Part shown: piece after piece, positions 8,031 to 17,626 of the stretch | Numbering within the stretch: position 1 is the stretch's first letter | Layout of the letters: each line of letters opens with the position of its first letter | Source: a virus | Lineage: Duplodnaviria; Caudoviricetes | DNA length: 33,887 nucleotides | Strand: one strand, 5' to 3' | Virus record (IMG/VR): IMGVR_UViG_3300032290_000864 | Coordinates: 1 to 33,887 of that record | Notes under the pieces: generated by a model | Told to the model about the DNA's origin: nothing | The model's database searches: none | Seen by the model: the letters and a program-made list of their open reading frames with translations, nothing else | Translations under genes and position numbers: made by a program

Positions 8031-9311
8031 TCAGCACTCCCTCAGATATGTGCGGTACCGCGCGCCAACCGCCCGGTAATCATGCACCCGCCCGACATAC
8101 TCCCGCACCCGCGCCGCTTCCGTCGCGTAATACGTCGCGTCCGTCGCCAGCCGGCGGATCGCGTCGATTAGTCCGTACCGCTCATCGGCAAACGTCCACG
8201 GGACCGCGCCACCGTTGAGCACCGCCGCCTCCGCCGCCGCCTCCGGGTCGCCGGCAATGACCGCCTGCCCCATCGCCGCGCCCTCGATCCCGCTGCCCTG
8301 CATCCCAAGCCAAAACGAATCAAACGTGACGTCGCAGGTCGCCTTGAGCCGGAGCGCATCGCCGTGCGCCATATCCTCGATCAGCACGACTTCGGCCCGC
8401 ACGCCTTCCGATTCCCGCAGCCAATCCACCGCATCGAGCAGCACCGTCGTCCCCTTTATCGCGCGCTTCGTCGGACTGTGCGCGATCCGCAGCACGTCCC
8501 CCCGCGCGCGACCTTTCGCCGCCGCCTCGTAATCCGCCACCGGCACCGGGATCGGCAGGTACCGCGTCACCCCGTAGCGCCCGTGATACGGCCGCGCCCC
8601 AAACTGTACCGCCCCCATCCGCTCGTCGGCCCTATGGTCAACCAGCACGCGCGTATGATCTCCGTCTATGACCGATCCATGATACGTAATCGCGGCCCGC
8701 TGTCCGTCTCGCAACGCGTACCGCAGATCGTGATGCAACGCCCGGTAGTCCATATGGCAATGAATGACGTCCGCCGTCATCGCCAGCAGCTCGACCGTCC
8801 GATTGTGCAGCAGCCCGTCCCACTGACGCAACGAGCAATGCGGGTTGCTGTCGCCGTGCCGAACCATCGCCGACACCACGCCGTCAACCGTATTCGCCGC
8901 GCTATGGTACCGGTACACGCTCGAGCCGGGATCGTATTGCGTTAATTGCAGCACCCGCAACGCGCCCGCCGTCACCGGCGCCGCCTCGTACGCCGTCGAC
9001 TCCCATCCCGCCGGCGTCAGCACCCGCCCGCCGGCATCGTTCCAAAGCCGCGTCGCCGTCGCCTCGTCGCACACCAGCGACTGCCCCGTCAGCCCTTCCC
9101 GCTGCGCCGTCCGCCAATGCGCCGCCGCTTTGGGCTGCATCGCATCGAAGTACGCGTCCGGCATGACAAACCCGAACGCCACCAGATCGACCACGCGCGC
9201 CCGCGGCACGGTAAACCATTCCCCGACCTGCCGCCGCGTGCCACCAATAATGCACTCCGTCAACGCCATGACCGGCGTCAACGGATCGGCCTCCGGTGGA
9301 ACCGCGACCAT
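8031..9311 (-). CDS. GT-B fold glycosyltransferase (GT4-like) with N-terminal extension
   Basis: ADVIHCH, ITYHGS, IAHSPTKRAIKGT and G.SGIEGAAMG.AVI motifs; start uncertain (ATG 9311 has an SD; GTG 9347 and ATG 9269 are alternatives). Confidence 0.8.
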   Translation of the reverse strand: MVAVPPEADPLTPVMALTECIIGGTRRQVGEWFTVPRARVVDLVAFGFVMPDAYFDAMQPKAAAHWRTAQREGLTGQSLVCDEATATRLWNDAGGRVLTPAGWESTAYEAAPVTAGALRVLQLTQYDPGSSVYRYHSAANTVDGVVSAMVRHGDSNPHCSLRQWDGLLHNRTVELLAMTADVIHCHMDYRALHHDLRYALRDGQRAAITYHGSVIDGDHTRVLVDHRADERMGAVQFGARPYHGRYGVTRYLPIPVPVADYEAAAKGRARGDVLRIAHSPTKRAIKGTTVLLDAVDWLRESEGVRAEVVLIEDMAHGDALRLKATCDVTFDSFWLGMQGSGIEGAAMGQAVIAGDPEAAAEAAVLNGGAVPWTFADERYGLIDAIRRLATDATYYATEAARVREYVGRVHDYRAVGARYRTYLREC

Positions 9312-9348
9312 CGCGACCCCACCGGACACCAGACCCGCATCCGTCACA

Positions 9349-10701
9349 TTAGGATGCAGGAACATCCAGCACGACGAACGGCGAGTGCGCGTCCACCTTG
9401 TTGCCGCTGCTGTCGACCTTGTACGCGTACGTGGACGTCGGGAGCGGAATACCGCCGCCGCGCGCCACAAAACGGTACGTCGTCACGTCCTGAATGAACG
9501 CGACGTGGATCGAGCTTTCCACGGTCAACGCCTGACGCAAGCCCATCGCGTAGAAGTCACCGTTGACCAGCGCCACGTCGCCCTTGGTACCGAGCGTCGG
9601 GAGCAGGTCCGTCACGATCACCGGCAGACCAAGCAACAGCATCTGCGGCTTATCGCGCAGATTCGCGAGCCAGGTGACCATCGTGTTGTTGGTCGTCTGG
9701 AGCGCAAACAGCTTGTTCAGCACGCGACGCGAGATCATCCACGCCGAGTTCGGTCCGTGCGTGTGCTTCTCGTACATCGAGAACGCGTCCGCCGCCGTGA
9801 ACGTGCTGGCCGTCGCGCGGTTCACCGCGATCAGCGAGCCGTTAGCCGCGTTCAGTGCGCCGAGCGGCTCGCTCGAGCCCGTGCCGTCAATCGTGATATC
9901 TTCGTTCATCTTGTTCACGATCTGACCACCGACCGCGGTCGTGACTTCGCTCGGGAGTTCGCCCGTAAAGTCGTCGCCCAGCAATTCGTCGCCAAACTGC
10001 GTGATTGCCGCGTACTTGTACATCGTCAGCAAACGCTGGCCGAACGTCGGCTCGCGCACCGGCTTCGTCGCGCCTTCGCCGACAATCGACACGTTGGCGA
10101 TCTTACCGGCCATCGGACGGTTGAGCGTCGTCGTGCCTTCATCCTGCACCAAGTACGGGATGCGCAGCGAACGACCCGGCACGTTGTAGCGCCGCGCGTA
10201 CTGGAACAGACCCGGCTGCTGGTTGCTCACCGAGAAGATCTCCGGAACCTGCGTCAGCGGGAGCAAGTACTCGCCGCCGTTCGTAGAGCCCGTGATCGTA
10301 CGCGTAAACTGGTCGACCTGCTTCAGCGCCGCCGCTTCCGCTGCGTTTGCCGGACCACGCGTCGCCGCGCGGATGTACGTGCCCACGTTAGAAAACGCGT
10401 TGACGATCGTCGAGCGGACTTCCTGCATGGCGTCGCCCATATTGGCGAACTCCGTCCGCTGTCCGCCGGCATCGACGCGCACCAGCCCTTCGTCGCCGCC
10501 CTGACGCGCAACCTCGGCATCGGCCGTAAACTCGGCCGCGGCCTGCGCCCGCATCTCCAACGAGCGAATGTCGCCCGTCATCTTTTCCACTTCCTCGGCC
10601 GTGAACGAATTGGTCGCGTCGACCAAATCGTGACGGATCTTGTGGGCCTTCTCGCGCAGCTCAGCCGCCGCGCGGTTCTTCGACACCAATGGCGCCTTCA
10701 T
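9349..10701 (-). CDS. HK97-fold major capsid protein with N-terminal delta/scaffold domain
   Basis: GGEYLLP, VGEGATKP, GTGSSEPLG, LLGLPVIVT and GDF motifs; helical N-terminus; downstream of the protease. Confidence 0.95.
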   Translation of the reverse strand: MKAPLVSKNRAAAELREKAHKIRHDLVDATNSFTAEEVEKMTGDIRSLEMRAQAAAEFTADAEVARQGGDEGLVRVDAGGQRTEFANMGDAMQEVRSTIVNAFSNVGTYIRAATRGPANAAEAAALKQVDQFTRTITGSTNGGEYLLPLTQVPEIFSVSNQQPGLFQYARRYNVPGRSLRIPYLVQDEGTTTLNRPMAGKIANVSIVGEGATKPVREPTFGQRLLTMYKYAAITQFGDELLGDDFTGELPSEVTTAVGGQIVNKMNEDITIDGTGSSEPLGALNAANGSLIAVNRATASTFTAADAFSMYEKHTHGPNSAWMISRRVLNKLFALQTTNNTMVTWLANLRDKPQMLLLGLPVIVTDLLPTLGTKGDVALVNGDFYAMGLRQALTVESSIHVAFIQDVTTYRFVARGGGIPLPTSTYAYKVDSSGNKVDAHSPFVVLDVPAS

Positions 10702-10713
10702 ACGAACTCCGTG

Positions 10714-11517
10714 TCAGTAATTGAAACTTGACCGCACCGCGGACACCCGCTGCGCGTGTGAAAGATGCCGTGAGCCGTTCGCGTCCGGCACGATCGGAAG
10801 CGCCGCGGGATCTGGCGTCGTCGGCCAGTTCGCGTTCGCATCGAGCACCGTAGCCCCGTCCCCGCCATCGGTCCTACTCCCTACATACCGCGCCAACAGC
10901 GACGCCCGCGCCTCGGCCGGCATCGCATCCAACGCCGCCGCCGCCGCTATCGCCAACAGTTCCGCGTCGCTCCGCTCGAGCGCCGGCTCCGGATCGGTCC
11001 GCGCCGACACCACGTCCGCGCCAGGGACCGCCGGCATCGGCGTAATCGACACTTCGCGCAGTTCGATTTCGAGAAACCGCTCCGCCACGCGCCCGTCGAT
11101 CGTGACCGTCTCGGCCTTCCGCGGGACGAACCCAATTGAGAACCCCGTCGACGCGCCGGCCGCAATGACCGTCTTGACGTAGTCCAACGCCGCCCGACCT
11201 TCCGGCGTGTCGAACAGATCCGCCGTCATCATCAGACTATCGCCCGCTTCCTGCATCATCGACACCACGCCGACGTGCGCGCCCGTCCTCCGTTCGTGAT
11301 CCATCAACAGCGGCACCTTCCGCGCCGCGACCTTGCCGGCAATGGTCAGTTTCGCGCAGCCGCGCGCGAACAACGTCCCGTAGCTGTCGACCGTCTCATA
11401 CGTCAGCGCCACGCCGGACACGCGACCCGCCACGCCGTCCGGGAGCACAGCGTCGGCCCGCATCTGCAAATGGGCATCGGACTGAAAATGGACCTGCGGC
11501 TTCGGTCGTGCGCTCAT
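10714..11517 (-). CDS. HK97-family prohead protease
   Basis: DSYG..F..G, VPLLMDH, GFSIGF and LREVSITPMPA motifs. Confidence 0.93.
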   Translation of the reverse strand: MSARPKPQVHFQSDAHLQMRADAVLPDGVAGRVSGVALTYETVDSYGTLFARGCAKLTIAGKVAARKVPLLMDHERRTGAHVGVVSMMQEAGDSLMMTADLFDTPEGRAALDYVKTVIAAGASTGFSIGFVPRKAETVTIDGRVAERFLEIELREVSITPMPAVPGADVVSARTDPEPALERSDAELLAIAAAAALDAMPAEARASLLARYVGSRTDGGDGATVLDANANWPTTPDPAALPIVPDANGSRHLSHAQRVSAVRSSFNY

Positions 11518-14072
11518 ATCGGAGCCTCGTCAACACTTGTGATATACGGCGCCAGCACGCACCGGCAGTTAATCACCTCGGCCGCTTCGCCGGCCGGGTC
11601 GAGCGGATAGGCCAGCCCGTTATCGAACCGATCGTTAAACGGGATTCGCCCCTGCGCCATACACGCCGTATGCGTCTCGCGTGTCTTGGCATCGTCAAAC
11701 GCGAGCCACTCTTTCGACAGATATATCCCGTCGGCCCGCGCTTGGTCCCACGTCCCCTGCGACATTGCGCCGGCCGACTCCGTCCGCGCGATCGTCCTTG
11801 ACCGCGCGTCCGTAATGACCTCGTTATAGACCGACGCCTGCACCAGCCGCCCCGTTTCCTTTACCGACAGCCCGGCCAACTCGGCCGCGCGGATCGCCGC
11901 TAGGATGTTGTCAGACGTCGTCTTGCCGACCAGTTTCGCCAGATGGCCCGCGCGCTTGTCGATCGCCGCGAGCACTTCCGGCGATTGCAGCGAGAACGAC
12001 AGCAAGACGAACGCCACCTGACGCGCGCCGACCATATACATCTCGCCAATCAGGTCCAGATACGCCGCGCGCCACGCCTCATAATACTCGCCGCCCGGCT
12101 TGTATCCGGCCTTTATGCGCCGCTCGATCTCCGCCAGGATCTCGTCGGCCGTCTTATACGCGCGCGAATCCACGCCGAACAGCGCGCCGACTTCCGTCCG
12201 CTCGGCCGCAAACCGCGTGACCGCCGTCTGGTAGTACGGCTCCTCGCGACGCGTGAGCTCCTCCATCGCACGGGACCAGAGCTGGAACCGCGGCTCCTCG
12301 GCCAGTTCCGCGTCGCTTAACCGCTCCCACCACGCCCGGCCGTCGTCCGCCGGCATGGACTCCTCCGGCTCCTCGTCGTCCGGCTCGGGCTCGTCGTTCG
12401 GCCGCGGCTTGACCGCAAAATTGACGCACGCGTCTACCATCGCCTGCACCGCGTCGGGCTTGAGTTTCGGGAACGCCGCCAGAATCAACTGCACGACCGC
12501 CGCCGCCGGCAGCTCGGCCGTCATCACCGACTCCAGCAGTTCCGCCACCGCCTCGATCTGGTCGCCCGACATCGCATCTTCGGTAAACGACCGCACCACG
12601 TCCGCGCGCGTCAACGCGCGCCCGTCGATCGTTTCCTCGTCCGTGTCGAGCGCGTCCTCTTCGTCCTCCGTCACCAACGGCCCCGCGCCACCGCCCGGAG
12701 GCGGCGACTCGACCGTCGGCGTTGCGTCCATCACCGCGCGCGGGTCGATCACCGCGACCGCCGCAGGAACCAGCGACATGCCACTGGACAGCGCAATTGT
12801 GTCCGTCGGCTCCGGCACCGGCGACAGCTTCAAGGCGCGGCGCGATTCCTCCCACGTCCGCAGCCCGATCTTAAACTCGGACTGCACGCGATTTGACGTG
12901 ACGACGTCGTTTTCGACCAGCGCCGACAGCACTTCCGTATCGTACGCGATCCAGACGTCGCCGAACTCTGGCGCTAGCCAATGGTTTAGTTCGTCCTCAA
13001 TCGACGCGAGCATCGGCTCAATCGTATGCTGCACAAGCCGCATACGCGCCTCGACGTACTGCGCGCCCGATAGCCCGGCGTCCGACGTCGCCGACGCAAT
13101 CCCGATCATCCGCGGATCGACCCCGAACGCCGCGCAAATGTCCTCACGCGAGACGCGCCGCAAGTCCGGAAACTCCAGATCGGACAGCGTGAACCCCAAC
13201 GGCTTAATATCTTTAACCGAACCAAAAAACGCCGGCGTCCCGCGCTTGCCGCGATCCACCACCCGCGCGCGATATCGGTCCTGCATCGCTGTCGCGTCGT
13301 CTTGCGTCGCCTCGTCGCTCAGCATCACGGCAAACGTCGGCGTGCCGTCGTTCGTGACGACCTGCCGCACGTATTGCGTCGCCTCGTTGTCCGCCGTCAT
13401 CGACGCAATCGCCGTCGCGCCGCGCGGGAACCCGAACACGTCCGGATAATACGGACGCGGCATATCGAGATCTCGAAAATGCAGCACGTCCTCCGCCGGC
13501 ACTTGGATAATGACGCCCGCCCAATTGCCGTAATCGTACCGCCGCGGATCGCCTTCCGCGTCCACCCAGACCGATTGCAGCGATTCCGGATTAATCGACC
13601 GGATCGCCAACGGCATACGTCCCGGCGCCGGCCGCTCGAGCTGCATCATCGCGTTACCGTAGCCCACGTAATCGACCGCGATCCGCGCCCGCATCGCGCG
13701 CGACGTCATCCGCGGCCCCGGATAATCCAACAGTCGCTGCAACGGATGGTCCGCCGGCACCTTTGATTCGTACATCCCGCGTTCGCGCAACACGACGTAC
13801 GGGACAGACGCGACAATATCCGCAATCGCGCGGATACACGCGTGCACCACGGGATGCTTATTGAAGCCCTGCGCGCGGACCGTCGCGCCGTCCGGCTTGT
13901 ATTCCTGCGGGTTCGCCGTCCTGACCAGCGACAACCCGGCCATGCCGGCCGCGACTTTATTTCCCGCGCCGACGTTTGCCGGCGTGATCGCGCGCTCTTC
14001 GGCCGTTCCGCGCAGCGCCGACAGCGCCGTTGTCACTCGCGCCAGAAACGGCGCCTTCGTTTCGTCAGCCAT
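11514..14072 (-). CDS. HK97-family portal protein fused to a MuF (SPP1 gp7-like) head morphogenesis domain
   Basis: Portal motifs (VHACIRAIA, GNA, DVLHFR, EDICAAFGVDP, IEDELN), an acidic linker, then MuF motifs (RSRTIARTES, KEWL, RETH, INCRC). Confidence 0.9.
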   Translation of the reverse strand: MADETKAPFLARVTTALSALRGTAEERAITPANVGAGNKVAAGMAGLSLVRTANPQEYKPDGATVRAQGFNKHPVVHACIRAIADIVASVPYVVLRERGMYESKVPADHPLQRLLDYPGPRMTSRAMRARIAVDYVGYGNAMMQLERPAPGRMPLAIRSINPESLQSVWVDAEGDPRRYDYGNWAGVIIQVPAEDVLHFRDLDMPRPYYPDVFGFPRGATAIASMTADNEATQYVRQVVTNDGTPTFAVMLSDEATQDDATAMQDRYRARVVDRGKRGTPAFFGSVKDIKPLGFTLSDLEFPDLRRVSREDICAAFGVDPRMIGIASATSDAGLSGAQYVEARMRLVQHTIEPMLASIEDELNHWLAPEFGDVWIAYDTEVLSALVENDVVTSNRVQSEFKIGLRTWEESRRALKLSPVPEPTDTIALSSGMSLVPAAVAVIDPRAVMDATPTVESPPPGGGAGPLVTEDEEDALDTDEETIDGRALTRADVVRSFTEDAMSGDQIEAVAELLESVMTAELPAAAVVQLILAAFPKLKPDAVQAMVDACVNFAVKPRPNDEPEPDDEEPEESMPADDGRAWWERLSDAELAEEPRFQLWSRAMEELTRREEPYYQTAVTRFAAERTEVGALFGVDSRAYKTADEILAEIERRIKAGYKPGGEYYEAWRAAYLDLIGEMYMVGARQVAFVLLSFSLQSPEVLAAIDKRAGHLAKLVGKTTSDNILAAIRAAELAGLSVKETGRLVQASVYNEVITDARSRTIARTESAGAMSQGTWDQARADGIYLSKEWLAFDDAKTRETHTACMAQGRIPFNDRFDNGLAYPLDPAGEAAEVINCRCVLAPYITSVDEAPI

Positions 14073-14100
14073 AGAGCCCGGCTAGAGTAATCGCTCCTCA

Positions 14101-14129
14101 ATTTTACCGACTCCCGCTCCGCGCGGCAA
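14101..14129 (-). promoter_or_regulatory. putative sigma70-type promoter for the head operon
   Basis: TTGCCG-17 nt-TAAAAT in the terL-portal intergenic gap. Confidence 0.65.
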
Positions 14130-14165
14130 TATCGCGCCGCGCCGCTGTTGACACTACGCCAGCCG

Positions 14166-15419
14166 CTAGACCACGAACGGCGTCGCGCCACTTAACAGCA
14201 GCGCCGACATCCCCCAGACCAACGCGTCGACCCGATCCGGCGACGTCAGGCTTGATTCCGGATTAAACCCCGCCATCTGCGATTCGAGCAACGGGAACGT
14301 GCCGCAATGGTATACCCTTCCCTCTTGGTACAGCGAATAGACCGGCTCCGCGCGCGCTAGCTTGCCTCGGCTCGCCCTGACGTCAATGATGCGGACCCCG
14401 TGCGCCCGATCCCCAAGCGACCGGATGACCGCCGCCACCATATCGCCGCCCTGGTTAACCTCGGCCACAATTGAGCCCTTCCAGCGCCGAGCCGCGTCCA
14501 ACGCCACCGTCGCCCATTCGTTCGGCGAATACCGGCCAGACAGATCTTCCAGCACGTAGCCTTTCCGGTGCCGATCGGCCCCGACCACCACGATGCCCGT
14601 CTCGTCGCTCGACTCGTTTGCCGTCACCGCCGGGTCGATCGCGACCAAGACCCGCGCCAGATCGTCCGGCCGGCTCACGATCCTTGCCCGCTCAATCTCG
14701 GCCCGCGTCCAGAGCAGCCCCGACACTTCGCGCCGCCATTGCCCGCCGTAGACGTGCGCGTACCGCGCCGGATTGTCGGTCCGCGTCTGCTCGATCTTCG
14801 CCAGGAACGAGTCGCTGAGGTTCTCGCGGTTATCCTCCCACGTCGTATGCAGATACAGCGTATCTGAGCGTCGGGACGCGACGAACAGCTCATGCAGGAA
14901 ATGGTCGACGCTGGACGGGTTGAGCGACAGAATCACCCGGTTCGGCTGCAACTGCGACCGTATCGAATCGTCGATCGTGTCGAACGTGCGCCGGTCCACC
15001 AGCTCCTCGGCCTCGTCAAGCACCCACGTCGTGACGCCTTGTATCGACTTGAGCTTTGCCGTCTGGTTGCCGCTGCTTGTCTTAATGCCGCGGAACAAGA
15101 TCCGCGACCCCGTCTTGGTATTGACGATCTCTTTTTGCGTGATCGCAAAGTCGGCGCCGCACCCGAGCCGCTCGATCTTATCCACAAACTCCGGGATGAT
15201 CGACGCGCCGGCGGACTCCATCGTCCAGCGGGTAAACAGAATGACATGGTCCGGCTCGTACGTGAGATTGAGCAGGAACACCGCCAAATGCCACGACTTG
15301 CCCGACCCGCGCCCGCCCGTCATAAACGCGTAGCGCCACGCCGGCCGCGCCGTAAACAGCGCCCGATACGGCGCCAGCAGGACGACCGGCTCCGGATTAG
15401 ACGCGGCCGCGCTCGCCAT
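14166..15419 (-). CDS. terL: terminase large subunit
   Basis: Walker A GGRGSGKS, Walker B WVLDEAEE, LSLNP coupling motif, nuclease motifs AIDPA and DRVDA. Confidence 0.95.
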   Translation of the reverse strand: MASAAASNPEPVVLLAPYRALFTARPAWRYAFMTGGRGSGKSWHLAVFLLNLTYEPDHVILFTRWTMESAGASIIPEFVDKIERLGCGADFAITQKEIVNTKTGSRILFRGIKTSSGNQTAKLKSIQGVTTWVLDEAEELVDRRTFDTIDDSIRSQLQPNRVILSLNPSSVDHFLHELFVASRRSDTLYLHTTWEDNRENLSDSFLAKIEQTRTDNPARYAHVYGGQWRREVSGLLWTRAEIERARIVSRPDDLARVLVAIDPAVTANESSDETGIVVVGADRHRKGYVLEDLSGRYSPNEWATVALDAARRWKGSIVAEVNQGGDMVAAVIRSLGDRAHGVRIIDVRASRGKLARAEPVYSLYQEGRVYHCGTFPLLESQMAGFNPESSLTSPDRVDALVWGMSALLLSGATPFVV

Positions 15420-16029
15420 GCATGATCAATAGCCAATCCTTACTTGCTTGCTTCCACGTATGCGGAGCGTCCGCCGCCGTTAAGAACGCCGAGATCGCGG
15501 CCTGACTGTACATGTTATGGTAGGTATCCGGCACGTCGCTTACCGTGTTCCATAAGATGACGTCCTTCGTCGCCGTCGTATCGAGCCGCCAGAACACCGC
15601 AACCGCCGCCCGACGCGCCACCCGCCGCATTTCGAGCAACGCCGTTTTATAGCTCGGCAAATGCTCTAAAACGTGCCGGCAATACACCACGTCAATGCAG
15701 TTCGCCGGATACGGCAACGCCTCAATCGAACCGCACCGGACATCGTCCAGCCCGCGCGCTCGCCCGTCCTCAACAATCGTCGGCGTGACGTCGACCGCGG
15801 AATAGCACACCACCGGCCGCTGCGACCAGACCGTTTCCCAATCAAGGTACGTGCCGGGACCGCACTCCAGCACGTCGACCATCCGGCCCTTATGCCCTTC
15901 GGCCGCAATCGCGTCCACGATCGACCCGACTGCTTCGCGGCTCGAGCCGTCCGAATCCGCCAGCCACGTTGCGAACTCCGCGCGCCGCCGGCTGAGGTTG
16001 TTTTCCCACCACCGTTCGTAATGCTTCAC
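15397..16029 (-). CDS. class I SAM-dependent methyltransferase (small-molecule/sugar type)
   Basis: VLECGPG motif I, AVDVT, GSIEALPY...DVVYCRHVLEH; no DPPY/NPPY or PCQ DNA-MTase motif. Confidence 0.85.
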   Translation of the reverse strand: MKHYERWWENNLSRRRAEFATWLADSDGSSREAVGSIVDAIAAEGHKGRMVDVLECGPGTYLDWETVWSQRPVVCYSAVDVTPTIVEDGRARGLDDVRCGSIEALPYPANCIDVVYCRHVLEHLPSYKTALLEMRRVARRAAVAVFWRLDTTATKDVILWNTVSDVPDTYHNMYSQAAISAFLTAADAPHTWKQASKDWLLIMHGERGRV

Positions 16030-16337
16030 CGCTGGTCGCTCCAGATGATGGGCGGCACGATCGGGTTCCCGCCAGACGTGACGTCCACCGTCTGCGACGA
16101 CTTGCCGAACGCGCGATCGAGTAGCACCTCGGCCGCGCGAACGTCGCCCGATTCGGCCTTCATCCGCAGCGCCGCGAGCATGGTATCCAACGCAACCGCC
16201 CCGTCTTTTTCGTCCGACAATAGCCGCGCCATCGCCTCGCGAATGTCGGGTAACTTCGGGCGCCCCTTGGGGTTGCCGCTGACTCCCTTCGGGAACGGCT
16301 TGTTGCCCTTAATTGGATTGGGTCGTTTTGTGCTCAC
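16026..16337 (-). CDS. terS: putative terminase small subunit (DUF5681-like)
   Basis: PFPKGVSGNPKGRPK and GDVRAAEVLLDRAFGK motifs; upstream of terL; GTG 16337 taken as start. Confidence 0.7.
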   Translation of the reverse strand: MSTKRPNPIKGNKPFPKGVSGNPKGRPKLPDIREAMARLLSDEKDGAVALDTMLAALRMKAESGDVRAAEVLLDRAFGKSSQTVDVTSGGNPIVPPIIWSDQR

Positions 16338-16369
16338 GGCTGATCCTCGGCTGTTTGTGCTTGTCCTGC

Positions 16370-16534
16370 TCAGGCTGCTTTCGCCGGCTTTGGCTCGCCC
16401 ATTTGCTCGTTTTGCCGGCGCGCGTAAAGCACCATCGACAGATGGTCCCAGTGTATGGTCGACGTGATCCACTTCCCGCCGGTCAGCGCGCGGACAATCT
16501 CTACCCGCTCCATCGGCTCGGTTTCTTGGTACAT
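16370..16534 (-). CDS. small hypothetical protein (54 aa)
   Basis: ATG 2 nt after the upstream stop; fills the gap. Confidence 0.45.
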   Translation of the reverse strand: MYQETEPMERVEIVRALTGGKWITSTIHWDHLSMVLYARRQNEQMGEPKPAKAA

Positions 16535-16536
16535 GG

Positions 16537-16872
16537 TCAGAATGGGTTGAGGTTCGGCAGTCCGGAGAACGTCGCCGGAATCTCCGGCGGCTTCGGCACC
16601 ACGTCCCGCCATAGCGCCGCCGGGATCGGACCGACCGGCAACCCCGCAGCGATCCGTTCCTCCCGCCACGCCAGGACAACGTCGAGCTCAATCCGGATCT
16701 GCACGCCGTCCCGCGTCCCGCGCCCTTCGCTCGGCCGCACCGTCGCATCCAGCGGCCGGCCGTGCTTGTTGTCCTCCGCCACCGCGCCGGCCACGCGTTG
16801 GTACACCCGCTGCCGCGATACGCCCAGCATCCGCGCCGCCGCCGCCACCGACATCTCCGGGATCGCCGTCAT
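16537..16872 (-). CDS. HTH DNA-binding protein (excisionase/MerR-like HTH)
   Basis: MSVAAAARMLGVSRQRVYQRV helix-turn-helix; ATGA overlap at 16872. Confidence 0.75.
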   Translation of the reverse strand: MTAIPEMSVAAAARMLGVSRQRVYQRVAGAVAEDNKHGRPLDATVRPSEGRGTRDGVQIRIELDVVLAWREERIAAGLPVGPIPAALWRDVVPKPPEIPATFSGLPNLNPF

Positions 16873-17261
16873 TTGTTGATCCCCAGATAAACTTCCAAAA
16901 TGTGCCACGCGTCCGCCGCCGACGTCACAACAAACACAGCCCATTGCTGGCATCGCATCGCTTCGTGAAACACGTCCTGCGCCGGCGAGATTTTACCCTT
17001 CCCCGTCGGCGACTTAAACTCAAACGCCAACCCGGACGTCCCGTCAGCCGGCACAAATAGCACCCAATCCGGCGCGCCGGCCGTCACCCCTTCCGCCTTC
17101 AACAGCGCCGCCTCGCGCGGTCCACGCCGTCCCCCGTTTGGGATCGCGCACGCCGGCAAGTCGCGCGTCCGCGGATCGAGCCGGAACCGCTGCACAAACA
17201 GCCGCTGCTCGATTGCTTCCAAATGCCGCGGCTTGCGCCGCACCGTCCCGCTGTCCGTCAC
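16869..17261 (-). CDS. VRR-NUC domain nuclease (PD-(D/E)xK, probable Holliday junction resolvase)
   Basis: AIPNGG.R...A..LK.EGV.AG.PD...FEFK...G..S..Q signature. Confidence 0.88.
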   Translation of the reverse strand: MTDSGTVRRKPRHLEAIEQRLFVQRFRLDPRTRDLPACAIPNGGRRGPREAALLKAEGVTAGAPDWVLFVPADGTSGLAFEFKSPTGKGKISPAQDVFHEAMRCQQWAVFVVTSAADAWHILEVYLGINK

Positions 17262-17626
17262 CGTGTCCCCTCCGTCTGAATCCCGCTAAACAGCTCCAGC
17301 GTGACGCGCAGCGCCTCGGACGCCGTCGCTTCTCGCTCCGTCCCGATCGCTCGGTGCCACTGTAGGGTACGAACCATCACGTCCGCCTGCATTGCCGCGA
17401 TTAGCCGGAGCCGGTCCGCAACCGCCGTCAAATGGCCGGCCGACTCTTCCGCCTGGCGTAGCTTGGCCGTCCTCCGCTGGAGCACCTGCGACAGCTTTTC
17501 GTACGTCTGGTCGTACGCCGCCGCATACGCCGCCAGCCGCTCAACCCGCTCCGATAGGACGTCCCGCGGCAAGCTGGCGACGTGCGCCAGCCCGAAATCA
17601 TGCAGCAGATCGTCGGCCGTTTTCAC
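17258..17626 (-). CDS. hypothetical helical/coiled-coil protein
   Basis: GTGA overlaps at both ends; ATG 17644 is an alternative start. Confidence 0.6.
   Translation of the reverse strand: MKTADDLLHDFGLAHVASLPRDVLSERVERLAAYAAAYDQTYEKLSQVLQRRTAKLRQAEESAGHLTAVADRLRLIAAMQADVMVRTLQWHRAIGTEREATASEALRVTLELFSGIQTEGTR

Noticed and set aside
7474-8037. Long N-terminal extensions given by the ORF track (7057..8037, 22329..23270, 16026..16748, 24363..24920, 8031..9470)
   Set aside because: They overlap upstream genes in another frame; downstream starts with an SD or ATGA coupling fit better
8845-10731. 628-aa plus-strand ORF, and other long plus-strand ORFs such as 12253-13449 and 24880-26331
   Set aside because: Antisense shadows of well-supported minus-strand genes in GC-rich DNA; no recognisable motifs
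11514-11800. MuF polymorphic toxin
   Set aside because: The protein ends 14 residues after the NCRC motif; no toxin domain or immunity gene follows
14148-14180. Plus-strand TTGACA as an antisense promoter into terL
   Set aside because: No acceptable -10 hexamer at 16-18 nt spacing; better explained as the upstream half of the shared late motif
15397-16029. Methyltransferase as a DNA (restriction-evasion) methylase
   Set aside because: Lacks DPPY/NPPY and PCQ catalytic motifs; motifs match small-molecule class I MTases
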